DNA of 64,000 bases, taken from NCBI GenBank assembly GCA_951406725.2, contig OX597836.1:31062001-31126000 (forward strand), written 5' to 3'. Positions 1-12,265 of this stretch are shown here, one piece after another (the first letter of the stretch is position 1; each line of letters begins with the position of its first letter). The position numbers and the translations under genes were made by a program. The DNA is from Octopus vulgaris (lineage: Eukaryota). The notes under the pieces are model-generated. The model searched no databases. It saw only the letters and a list, made by a program, of their open reading frames with translations, and was not told where the DNA came from.

Positions 1-631
1 TGCTTCAGAATGAATTATGAACTACATCTCATTACTACTATGAAGTTCCTTCCTCTACAGAAAGGGGATAGTTGTTCCTAGCACTTACATGTTTAGTTGA
101 GTTGATTTATTCAACAAAATATAGTCTTTTATCTAGATACACATTCTATAGATGGAGGCAAAAGAAATATATTTGTATCTACATCACAGAACAACCTGTA
201 CAAATACATCTCTATACATTATTGTGTTAAACTCAGCAAGGAATTTCTTTCTTTCATATTGCTAATTGCTTTATTGTTACAATTCTTTAAATAGTTCAAT
301 AAATTCTACAGATGGACAATAAATTTATCCACTTTCACATTAATATTTTAAAAAATTTTGTGCTTAATATTAAACATTTTGCCCGGCGTGCTAACGTTTC
401 TGCTAGCTCACCGCCTTATTTTAGCATAGTTTCTATGGCTGAATGCTCTTCCTAGTACCAAACATTCTACAGAATATATTGTATGCATTTTATCACAGTA
501 TTTCTCAAGCAGGATTGTCTTGCCCTTGGTAACCAATTCTTTGAGTATACAGAGTTCATTTTATCATATCATGGCGCCAGTAAGACTTGAGTCTTCACTA
601 TTCTATAATGTGTCCATTCATTTGAGGCTAT

Positions 632-681
<50 letters not shown>

Positions 682-1035
682 TATTATGATAATAATAATA
701 ATTTATATATTTGTTGTGCAAGATTTTTTATGTGAAGTCGTGTGTTGAAACAGACATTGTTGTATTTCGGAATGGTCATTTTGCCAGTTTAGCCAATAGA
801 AATACAAAATGGCTGACGGTTAGTAAGGAGAGACACAAATAAGAAAGAAGAAAACAAAGGACCACTGATGCGGTCACAGGAGTGTGACGAAAGAACTCTG
901 GCCGAAATAAGATTAAGATTAATGTAAAATATAAAAAACGCTGAAGCAAAGTAACACCAAATATATAGTGCGTGTGTTTTTATTGGCTAAACTGGTACAA
1001 TGACCATTCCGAAATACAACAACAACAACAACAAC

Positions 1036-1087
<52 letters not shown>

Positions 1088-1811
1088 GAAGAGGGATTAT
1101 GATGGAGGAGGAGGAAGAGATGGGGTGGGAGGGTAGTAAAGGTGGTAATAATCCTTTCTACAATAGACACAAGGCCGGAAATGTTAGAGGAGGGTGGCTG
1201 GTCAATTACGTCAACCCCAGTGCACAACTGGTACTTATTTTTATGGACCCCAAAAGGATGAAAGACAAAGTTGACCTTGGTGGAATTTGAACTCAGAATG
1301 TAAAGGTGTAAAGCATTTTGCCTGGTGTGCTAATGATTTTGCCAGCTCGCTGCTGTAGGCAATGTGATAATAACAGAAGGGAGATTATGTGGGGTGGGGT
1401 GGGGGTGAAATATAAGGGTGGGAGGGGAGGGGATGCAGTAATAATGGAAGGGGCAGTAACATGCTGGTTGTTGATAAGGAGATTGAATATAAAAAAAAAA
1501 CATAAATGGCTTGATAAGAGAAGGGAGAGTGATAGGAGAGACAAGATGATGGAAGTGAGTGAGAAAGAGGGAGAGAGAGAGAGAGAGAGAGAGGGTTAGC
1601 GATATGAAAATGAATGATGTTGTGAGAGAGAAAGGATGATAGGTGTCAAAGAGGGGCAAAGGGGAGAGTCATTGGACAGAAAATGATGGATAACAATGAG
1701 GAAGAGTGATGGTTGAAAGGGATTGATTATGGACTGATCTAATGATAGCCTTTATTACATAGGCAGAATGATGGGGGTAGAGTGATAAAGAGCAAAAGTA
1801 GGCAGGCAGGG

Positions 1812-2073
1812 TTGAATATGGATAGATTCGAGGCCATTTCTCTTTAGATTCGAGAACATGGATAGATTTGTGAATATGGATAGATTCAAGGCCATCTCTC
1901 TTTAGATTCGAGAATATGGATAGATTCAAAGCCATCTCTCTTTAGATGCGGGAATATGGATAAATTTGTGAATATGGATAGATTCGAGGCCATCTCTCTT
2001 TAGATTCGAGAATATGGATAGATTTGAGGCTATCTCTTTTTAGATTCGAGAATATGGATAGATTTGAGGCCAT
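1812..2073. repeat. Minisatellite, ~40-bp unit gaatatggatagattcgaggccatctctctttagattcga with shorter interspersed variants
   Basis: Direct tandem copies visible. Confidence 0.8.
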
Positions 2074-2200
2074 TTGTAGGTGATATGACCAAGAGAGTAG
2101 ATAGAATGAATAAGACGAACAAAAAAATATTAGTAACAAGTTAAAACTCGGAAAATATAGAGTAATAAGATTTACATCACACAAAACTTCACTATTAGCA

Positions 2201-2237
<37 letters not shown>

Positions 2238-3059
2238 AATGAATATCTTCAGTGGACAAAATGTGTTTGATTATTTTGGCAGAATGCTTCAAAACATGGC
2301 TTGATATTTGTCAGTGATATTCTTATGGGAATTTCTGTATTCTTAATAGTCGAGTGGCATTTTATCTTTATTGCCATTAAAGCTGGAAATGCAGATTCCT
2401 ATAAATATGTAGAAGAAAGTGATAACAGTCATTGCTAATTCCAAGAGTGTTGGCTTTTCTCATTTCATATTCAACCAGAAACACTCAAGTTCGAGCCTTG
2501 CGTTTCATAACAGATCTGCAAATCCTTCTTGAGCCCTCAAATAAAGATGTTTCACCTGTTCCCTTGCAGCAATAAATGAGATTTGAACCCAATCTCATTT
2601 AGTATTGTCTGTGCCTGGTAGAAAACTGGAACTGTTTTTCCATGGAACTGTTTTTCCGTGCATCTCAAATATTCAGTTATGTTCAGCTTAATCAAATTTA
2701 ATCGAATTAGTTTCAAACAAAATTCTTATCACCATGGATACATTTCAATTTTATCATTTTGTACAGCATGTTTTCCTTGATTTATTTTGTTCATGAATGT
2801 TTCAATTTTACCTTTCAAAGTGAAAATGTTTGTGTTCACACCTTAAAATGTTAATTTAAACTGCTCAGATACACTTTAATTTACAGATAAGAGAAAAGTT
2901 ATGTCTGAACATTAATATCTTTCCTATTCTTAGATGTCATCTGCTCTCAGCAGGTTGAATGTTAAGGAGCTGTATTTGAATAGTCTAAAATTCATAGTGG
3001 GGTCTCAATTCTTTCCATACAGGCTGGTCACAAGTCTATATTCTATCAAGAGTATGTCC

Positions 3060-3508
3060 TTAACCCTTTGATGTTTAACCCTTTAGTATTTAAACCGGCC
3101 ATATCCGGCCAAAATAGTTATTCTGTCTTATGTTCAAACTGACCAGATCCAGGCTCTCAGACCTACCCTACAATGTTATTCTACATTAAGTAATTACACC
3201 ATCAAGATCTTGAAGATATGAGATAATGCATGATTAATTCAAATCAATGTGAATCAAGCATTATGTTTGATAGAATAATCTGAACACTAAAGGGTTAAGC
3301 CAGTCATATCCGGCCCAAATATCCTACATGATTACATTCAAACTGGCCATATTCAGCCCCTCACACCTAACCTACATTGACATTCTAAGAATAAACTATC
3401 ACACCATTGAAACTTCAAAGCTGTAAGATAATGTATGATTAATTTAAAACAATTTGAGTGAAAAAAAAGTATTACATTTAACAGATTAATCTGAACATTA
3501 AGGGGTTA
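3060..3508. mobile_element. Nested piggyBac-like MITEs (inner copy about 3076-3298 inserted at a TTAA inside a related outer copy)
   Basis: TTAA-CCC...GGG-TTAA ends on both; inner copy nearly identical to 33877-34116. Confidence 0.75.
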
Positions 3509-3596
3509 ATGTACCAAACATCTTGCTGTCATGCCTTCTGACCCATTCACCATATTGGGTTTGTCTAACTCATCTGCTATTTCGGTCTTCATGCAT

Positions 3597-3824
3597 TTAA
3601 CCCTTTTGTTACTAACCCGGCCAAAACCACCTCTGGCTCTGAGTACAAATGTCTTGTCATCATAAGTTTCAAATTAAAATCTTCCACCAAACCTTAGTCA
3701 CAATTTACATTCCTAACACTAGCTTAATGATAACCAAGTTATTTTATTAAATTCTTTGTTATATTTAAAATAATTGAAAGAAACACAGAGCATCTCAAAA
3801 TAAATACGGTAATGAAAGGGTTAA
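3597..3824. mobile_element. piggyBac-like MITE, second family
   Basis: ttaacccttt...aaagggttaa termini; related pieces at about 21537-21660 and 63680-63825. Confidence 0.7.
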
Positions 3825-3877
3825 GGGGTTACTTCCCCTGTACAACTATCCTTCCATGATTGCTGATACCCTCTATT

Positions 3878-3912
<35 letters not shown>

Positions 3913-4187
3913 TTAGTTTTGCTTTGCTCACTAGCTTAAGTGATCTGTCATGGTGTGGCCATTGGTGTGCACAATCAATTTCTGGGAGGCATAAGGGAGA
4001 GCTGTGTAGAAGTCAGAGACCAGTGCTCCTGTCTACATCTGAGGATGGGTGGCTGTTAGGTTCACAAATTTACTGCTCCTTACGCACCTTACCAAACACC
4101 ATGGATATAAATTATTTATATTTATTTAATCTCTTATGATCTAAAATATCTATGAATAAAAAGAAGCTCTTTTAAATGATGTGTTTC

Positions 4188-4254
<67 letters not shown>

Positions 4255-6169
4255 CTTCTTCTTCTTCTTCTTCTTCTTCTTCTTCTTCTTCTTCTTCTTC
4301 GAAGTCCTTTTTTTCCATGCTGGTGTGGGTCAGATGGTTCGACATGAACAAAATGAGTCGGAGGGCTGCCACTGAGTTCCAATGTCTGGTTTGGCACAGT
4401 TTCTACTGTTGGGTGCCCTTCCTTAATGCCAACCACTTCACAGAGTGTACAGCGTACTTTTCATGTGGCACTAGCACCTGTGAGGTTTCCAAGTACCTGC
4501 AACATGAGACCGGTCAACTGAGTGGAGGTATAGTATTGAAGGATAAGAAAGTAAGATACAAGGATAGGGGCAGGTGTCTTTCTGAAGAGGGTGGATACAT
4601 GGTTTCCCTATCAGGAAAGAGAGAGAGAGAGAGAGAGGTGAGGTAAAGTAGAAGGTGAATATAAAAGATAGAATAGGATAGAATACCAGAAAAGGTGAAT
4701 GTGTAGGTACATGTAACTAGGAAGTTTAGATATGAAAATTTTAGCTAACATAATGCAGTTATTGACTCTAATAATAAAACAAACAGAAACCAACATCACT
4801 TAATTCAAGAACATTAAAGATAAAATATTTTAAGAACATCAGAGATAAAATATTATAACTATAATCTTAAATATTATACTGTTTTGAAGATAAAGTACTA
4901 ATCATCATCGTCGTCGTTGTCATCATCATCATCATCGAAATGTGTTTTCAATGCTGGCATGCATTGGACTGTTTGACAGGAGCTGGCAAATCCAGAATCG
5001 TGCCAGGTTTCATTGCCTGTTTTGGAATGGTTTCTATGGCTGGAGCCCTTCCTAATGCCAATCACTTTACAGAATGTACCGTCACCCACCAGTGCTTTTT
5101 ATGTGGCATTGATGGGGGTCTCAAGTACCTTGCAAGAAAAAAGCTCCTCAGCTGGGAGGGAGGAAGTAGTATTGTGTGGGGTGTGAATTTGTGCCAGTTG
5201 AGAGATTTAAGGTATAGAGAGAGAACGGATATAGGGGTCTTGCTGTATTCATGGAAAACAAAGAAGATTGAGTTGGAGAATAAAGTAAAGAGAGTGATGG
5301 TGGAGACATGTCAGGACATCCCCTCAAGGGATATTAGGAGTGGCGAGATGATATAGGGGTTTCGAGTGGGCAGGATGCGGTGGGTGGACAGGATAAGGTG
5401 AGTGTGGTAAATGATGGAGAGAAATATAGGAGAGGCTTGGGAATGATGGTTGCAGTAAATATGTGGGGGGACATTGAGGGTGATTACAGGTAAAACAAGG
5501 AGTTGATGATGGAGAACAGCACAGGGAGGGGAGATAAGATGCAGAAAGGAGGTGATTGGTGGAAACAGAAGGCAGGGGAAGAAAGATAACTGGGGGAGTA
5601 AAGCCGAGGGGTGGGGGAGTGTAGCATGTGCTATTCTGTTCTCATGTGATAAAGAAAGTGATGGGTGTTAAGGGATGACATGTGGGCGGGGTGGGGAGAA
5701 GGTTGACGGGTGGGGGGAGAGCCCCTCATAGACATGCATTACCAAAGTTGTTTTAGAATATCAATACTGTTATGGTGGGCGAGTTTGGTTTTTTTTTTGG
5801 TTTTTTAATTAATAATTATCTGAATATTTCATCCAAGTTCTGTTGTTATAAATAAATGAAGAAGCTTATCGTTAGAGCTAGAGTTGTGATCAGGAGTTGT
5901 CCTGTTGCATAAATTGAAATGAAATTTTTTGAGCCATAGCCGTTGAAATTGAATGTTCAGTAACTGCTCCTTGCCATGGTGTGGATTTCTTCAATTAAAG
6001 CCAGTGACCCTCTTCTGACTGTCACTGAACAGTAAAAAAAAAAACCTATTGAAAGGATGATCTTATGCACTCATCATCATCATCATCATCATCATATCGG
6101 TGTTATCTACTTACCTTTATGTTTATTTTTAGATTTTACACACCTTAAACGAAGCCCGTCATATATATG

Positions 6170-6217
<48 letters not shown>

Positions 6218-6548
6218 TGTATTTGTTCTCCCAGCATTGCTAGACATCCGATGCTGGTGTGTTTACGTCCCCGTAACTTAGCAGTTCGGCAAAACAGACC
6301 GATAGAATAAGTACTAGGCTTACAAAGAATAAGTCCTGGGGTTGATTTGCTCAACTAAAGGCAGTGCCCAAGATCCTATGCAGTGGGACTGAACCTGGAA
6401 CCATATAGTTGGGAAGCAAACTTTTACCCTGCAGCCACGCCTGCATCTATGTTACATTGTATTATAATGTATTAGATATGTAATATTATATCTTGCAAAC
6501 AACTTGCACATGCAAGTGCTACCAGTTAAAAGCTCCGTATATCGGAAG

Positions 6549-6660
6549 CTAGCAAGTGTATGGGGTCATCAGGAGAGAATGCGCGCCGTTTCGGGGCCTA
6601 CCTCTCGACGGCCTCAATGCGCACCGGCCCCCCTCACTGATATGAGGCCCCGCTTGCTAG
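6549..6660 (-). ncRNA. Mirror copy of the non-canonical hammerhead candidate in the left palindrome arm
   Basis: Same motif on the - strand with fully Watson-Crick stem III (GAAACGGC/GCCGTC). Confidence 0.55.
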
Positions 6661-6872
6661 ATCAGCTGGTTATGATGAACTCAATATACTTCTAGCCATC
6701 GCTCATCGTCTCTTTTTAACCAAATCCAGTGGCTAGCCTTCTCCACTGTAGATTGGATATCAGTCATGGTGGTAATCCAATCTACAGTGGAGAAGGCTAG
6801 CCACTGGATTTGGTTAAAAAGAGACGATGAGCGATGGCTAGAAGTATATTGAGTTCATCATAACCAGCTGAT

Positions 6873-6984
6873 CTAGCAAGCGGGGCCTCATATCAGTGAG
6901 GGGGGCCGGTGCGCATTGAGGCCGTCGAGAGGTAGGCCCCGAAATGGCGCGCATTCTCTCCTGATGACCCCATACACTTGCTAG
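6873..6984 (+). ncRNA. Candidate hammerhead ribozyme with non-canonical segment order
   Basis: GCCGT-C-GAGAG (6921-6931), GGCCCC-GAA-ATGGC (6935-6948), CTCTC-CTGATGA (6956-6967); stems I and III pair; predicted cleavage after C6926. Confidence 0.55.
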
Positions 6985-8544
6985 CTTCCGATATACGGAG
7001 CTTTTAACTGGTAGCACTTGCATGTGCAAGTTGTTTGCAAGATATAATATTACATATCTAATACATTATAATACAATGTAAATGAATCTTATATTACATA
7101 TGTAATATTATATCTGATATGCAATATATTTGATGTTACATATTGTAACATGTAACGTATCATATAATCCATATATGTCATCTCATCATAGTAGATATGT
7201 CATCATCATCATCACCGCTCTTGTCATCACCATCTTCATTCTTGTCATCACCATCACCACCACAACCTCCAACGCTAATCAAGTTCAAGCCCAGAGGTCC
7301 TTCACTTATTCGTTTGATCTGCTAGAAATAATAGCAACTCAATCTCCTGCAAATTACACACTATTGTCTTTAAGCAAAAAAAAAGGTGGGTTGGACATTG
7401 GATATTGTAATCCACTGTACATTTTACCCCTCCCCCAAGGGGAAAAAGATAGGATGGTTCATCACCATTATCATCATCATCAGTGTCATCATAACCATCA
7501 CCATCACTGCCACCACAACCATCATCATCATCACTACTACCACCTTCATCTCTGTTACTTGTGATCACCATTTCCTTTATCTTGCCTCCCCCCCCAACCA
7601 ACCCCTCCCACCACTCCAAATTAACTCTAATTACATGTTATCATTTTTAATTCGGAATGGAATAGCAGCTGTGTCTTTGACTGGATGTCTTTGAGAAATA
7701 TCATTTTATCTTATTATACAATTCACCACTGCCACCTCTTTACCACACCACCACCACCACCACCACCACCACCACCACCACCACCACCATTACTACAGAA
7801 CCCACATTATTGAAATACCACCTTCCACCACCACGACTACTATCACCACACAATCACCAACCACATATAATACCATTGCAACCAGTATTAACACCACTAC
7901 CACCATTACTACAGAACCAACATTATTGAAATACCACCACCAGCACCACCACCACAACTACTTTCAGCACCACTACTGCTGCTACCACACTACAGCCATT
8001 GTCACTATCATTCCCTGCATCACTACACTTAACATTGAGCAACAAGCTGGTCGTGAACTAGTTGATGTTCTTCAATTCTTCCTTCTTTGAAATCCACATA
8101 CCGCTTCTACACATCTTTACTAATGAACCACTTCGCTCCTCCCCCTCTTTGCTCCATGTTACTTTTAGAATTCTCCATAAAGTGTTGAGAGGCTGGATCT
8201 GGCCAGTTTGAACATAAAGACAGACAGAATAGTTGAGCTGGATTTGGACAGATCAACTGCTAAAGGGTTATATATGTATATATATATAGAGAGAGAACAA
8301 AGTGTACGTACGCCACTGTATATATACTCTTTACTCTTTACTCTTTTACTCTTTTACTTGTTTCAGTCATTTGACTGCGGCCATGCTGGAGCACCGCCTT
8401 TAGTCGAGCAAATTGACCCCAGGACTTATTCTTTGTAAGCCCAGTACTTATTCTATCGGTCTCTTTTGCCAAACCACTAAGTTAAACACTCCAGCATCGG
8501 TTGTCAAGTGATATTGGGGAGACAAATACAGACACACAAACATA

Positions 8545-8608
<64 letters not shown>

Positions 8609-8681
8609 CATATATACAATGGGATTCTTTTACGTGCCACCGGCACAGAAGCCAGTCATATATATACATACATACATGTAC

Positions 8682-8714
<33 letters not shown>

Positions 8715-8715
8715 G

Positions 8716-8905
8716 TTAATCCAAACATGAAAACACAAAGAGAAAACACAACAACGCGAGGATGTGGAACAAGTATAGTGTTATTGGATGCTCAGGAAAG
8801 GAAAGAAAGGAGGAGGATTTAATGATTCGAGCGGAGCTCTTCATCAGAAACATAGGAAAAAGAAAGACCCAAGGAAGGGAAGACGAGGAAAAAATCGCCA
8901 ACGGT
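8716..8905 (-). mobile_element. Penelope-like pLTR remnant with degenerate minimal hammerhead (about 8815-8853)
   Basis: - strand gttt CTGATGA a gagc tcc gctc GAAtcatta aatc; core 3' half mutated; embedded in (TA)n/(CA)n. Confidence 0.5.
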
Positions 8906-8963
<58 letters not shown>

Positions 8964-9102
8964 GCACGCACACACACACACACATAAATATAGGTATATA
9001 TACAGACAGACAGATATACAGATAGATATGTGATTCAGAACTGTACAAAAAAAAAAAAAAAGACAGTGACAGCTGAGGGAATAACAAACAATGTCTGATC
9101 AT

Positions 9103-9332
9103 GGCCGCTGCCAGCCTCCCCTAGCACCTGTGCCGGGGGGAGGCGTAAAAAGTGGCACGTAAAAAGCACCCATTACACTCACGGAGTGGTTGGTGTTAGG
9201 AAGGGCATCAAGCTGTAGAAACACTGCCAGATCCGACTGGAGCGTGGTGCAGCCTCCTTGCTTCCAGGAACCCAGTCGAACTGTCCAACCCATGCTAGCA
9301 TGGAAAACGGACGTTAAACAATGATGATGATG
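9103..9332 (+). mobile_element. SINE 3' part, family with the GGAAGGGCATCCAGCTGTAGAAAC (Meta-domain-like) core and (GAT)n tail
   Basis: Many dispersed copies, e.g. about 4310-4500, 4930-5110, 10735-10960, 18860-19190, 20780-20970, 37875-38095, 53625-53790, 56170-56470. Confidence 0.65.
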
Positions 9333-9876
9333 TATATATATATATATATAAGGATAAGATTATTATTTTAAATAGCAATCAAATTAAGTGACAGTATGGG
9401 AAGAAAAAACCTTTTAGGTATTAAAATTATAAATGAGGGTATCTAAGACATACCCTAATTTGTGATTTTAGAGTCAGGTTTTGACTGCTATTTCAAGCAT
9501 GGTCGTATCTCTTAGATACCCTTATTTATAATATATATATATGCCTCTTAGATCATGGAGAAGTCATCATAACCCAATTTTAAACACACATGTACTGCCC
9601 TAAGTATTAAATTATTACTCTTTCCTTTCATAATAGTGATGTGTACTATTGTGTCAAGAAGCTTTATAGTACTTCTGTAACCTTGCCACTGACACTAATC
9701 CAGGGCATCTGTCACAAGTCAACTATTGGCCAGTTTTTATAGGACTTGGGATGACTTGTTTATTTACTCATTATTTATTTATTTATTTATTTAAATCCTC
9801 TGTATCATAATAACATTCCTCTTTAAGTAAGGGAGTGGCTGATGTCGTTCACATGACAGTGTTGTTATATCATACA

Positions 9877-9911
<35 letters not shown>

Positions 9912-10423
9912 GTGCACGCATACATGCTTGTACATGAATAATCGGCAGAGAAATCCCGGCATGACTCAAAGTTCAAGAGCTTCAGGCATGGTACTTATCA
10001 AACAGTTTGTTTCCCCCCAAGCCTATATTTATGTAAAGCAAATGAATTATTTTTGTGGTTAACGCATTCAGCCTGCCGTCTTTGGGAAAGGAACCCGTTA
10101 GATAAGATACATGTTTGGTATGTTGGTCTTTTAAATTTAAAAACAAATCTTATTCCAATGTCCATCTTCATATCTGAGTGTGTGAGCGAGGAAGGATTTT
10201 GTTTGTTGTTTGAAGATGATTGAAATAATTTCTGTTTTCTTTCTTTCTTTCTTTCTTTCTTGTTTTTGTTTATGTGTTGTTGTTTACTTCACCAAGACAA
10301 CTGCCAGCTCCATTAAAGTAGAGTAAATGCGAAACGTACTAAATACATGTAAACATTGGTAACCACACATCACAAGCTATTTTGTTTAGTGTTCAACTGA
10401 TTCTAGTATTATACTCGTCGTCG

Positions 10424-10471
<48 letters not shown>

Positions 10472-11084
10472 CTATCATCAGCAGCATCTTTTAATACCTG
10501 CTTTCTATGCTGTTGTTGTTGTTGTTGTGGTTGTTGTTAAGCAGCAAGATGAATAAGGGTGATTAGGTGATGGTCTAGGGCTTAGGGGCGGGAGACCCCA
10601 GACCTTGGAAAAAACCCCCAAAAAAACTTTGGTCTTGTTGTAGTCGAAGGCTCTTCGTTGACGTCCAACACCACTGGGAGGTGGCTCTCGAAGTTGCTGG
10701 AAATGGAGATCTCCAGGTCCAAATTCTTGGACGGCGCTTTCTATGCTGGCATGGCTTGGACAGTTTGACCAGAGCTGGCAAGCTGGACAACTGCACTAGG
10801 TTCCAGTCTGATTTGGTTTGGGTTTTTTCTGGCTGGATGCCCTTTCTAGTGCTAACCACTTTAAAGTGTGTGTTGGGTGCTTTTAACATGGCACCAGCAC
10901 ATGCACTTTTTTCATGTGGAACTGGCACAAGTGACTTTTACATGGCACCAGCACATGTGCTCTTGCAGACTTATCCACTTCATCCAGGATAGTGGCCTCA
11001 ACACTTCTGCTGTGGAAGATGGGTCTACTTTAGTACAGTAAGGTTCCTGATATTTTGGTCCTTTGCCATCTCCCCTGATTATAT

Positions 11085-11355
11085 ATAATAACTTTCAAAG
11101 GTGCCTGTCCTTACTTATGCTTATAAATGTTGGGTAATGACCAAAAGAGTATGATCAAGAACACATGTTACCAAAATGGGGTTCCTCTGAAGGAACCCTG
11201 GAGTAGAATTACTCAACAGGATGCTTAGCTTTGAGATCAGGGAATGTCTCCAAGTCAAGCTGCTGCTTCTCTGCATTGAGGGCTCACAGCCCTGGTACTA
11301 CATGTATATGATTAGAATATTAGAATATCTCAGGAAAGCATCAGAAGACAGATTC
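11085..11355 (+). mobile_element. Degenerate RTE-clade (Rex3/Expander-like) LINE ORF C-terminal fragment, 5' piece
   Basis: Translates VPVLTYAYKCWVMTKRV*SRTHVTKMGFL*R...EIRECLQVKLLLLCIEGSQ, resembling the RTE post-RT region as recalled. Confidence 0.65.
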
Positions 11356-11563
11356 TTTAGCCCTTTAATATTTAAACCGGCCATATCTGGCTAAAATATT
11401 CTGCCTGTTTTATCTTCAAAATGGTCCTATCTGGCCTTTCACACCTACAGTACAGTGCCATTTTAAACATCAACAATCACATCATTGAAATCTCAAAGCT
11501 ATGAAATAATGCATGATTAATTTAAAATGATGTGAATTCATAAGCATTAGATTTGTGGCAATA

Positions 11564-11736
11564 TAGGCACAGGAGTGGCTGTGTGGTAAGTAGCTTGCTA
11601 ACCAACCACATGGTTCTGGGTTCAGTCCCACTGCGTGGCACCTTGGGCAAGTGTCTTCTGCTATAGCCCCGGGCCGACCAATGCCTTGCGAGTGGATTTG
11701 GTAGACGGAAACTGAAAGAAGCCCGTCGTGTATATG

Positions 11737-11768
<32 letters not shown>

Positions 11769-11990
11769 CGTGTATGTTTGTGTGTCTGTGTTTGTCCCCC
11801 TAGCATTGCTTGACAACCGATGCTGGTGTGTTTACGTCTCCATTACTTAGCGGTTCGGCAAAAGAGACCGATAGAATAAGTACTGGGCTTACAAAAGAAT
11901 AAGTCCCAGGGTCGAGTTGCTCGATTAAAAGCGGTGCTCCAGCATGGCCGCAGTCAAATGACTGAAACAAGTAAAAGAGTAAAAGAGAGA
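11564..11990 (+). mobile_element. Full-length tRNA-derived SINE (CORE-like central box, internal (TA)/(TG) microsatellite, AGTAAAAG tail)
   Basis: A/B-box head ggagtggctgtgtggtaag...ggttcagtccc; near-identical copies elsewhere in the window. Confidence 0.85.
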
Positions 11991-12035
11991 GAGAGAGAGA
12001 GAGATTTAACAGAGTAAAATGAATACGAAATGGTT

Positions 12036-12265
12036 AAGCCAAACCAACCGGGAGGAGACTCAGGGATAGACCAAGAACATGATGGTTGGGTAATGTCCAT
12101 AATCTCAATCGGTCATACTTGGGAATCCAGTCAGATAAGTCTGCAGATGATGCTTTCTCATAGGACTCTATGGAGGAGTTGCATGAGAACTCTACCCCCA
12201 CAACCCTCCCAGGAATACTGGGCAGAGAAGCTGGATGGGATGGATGGTAGATGGGTGGATGGATA
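12036..12265 (+). mobile_element. RTE-clade LINE 3' end (continuation of 11085-11355) with (GATG)n tail
   Basis: KPTGRRLRDRPRT*W (GRPR-like) and LWRSCMRTLPP motifs, then ggatggatgg tail. Confidence 0.65.

Larger units (their letters stand above)
6452..7081. repeat. Near-perfect 307-bp inverted repeat (6452-6758 / 6775-7081, 16-nt spacer); probable Penelope-like inverted pLTR element
   Basis: Arms are reverse complements, one mismatch noticed (6588/6945); mirrored ORFs 6504-6695 and 6838-7029; hammerhead core in each arm. Confidence 0.9.

Noticed and set aside
6504-7029. Mirror-image 63-aa ORFs
   Set aside because: By-product of the palindrome; no recognisable domain or splice context
9426-9532. 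Short inverted repeat around gaaatagcagtc, possible Penelope remnant
   Set aside because: No CUGANGA box found and no second copy to confirm
10072-10117. AG/GT-bounded 46-nt candidate exon
   Set aside because: Weak polypyrimidine tract and no similarity to TBC1D2 proteins that I recognise
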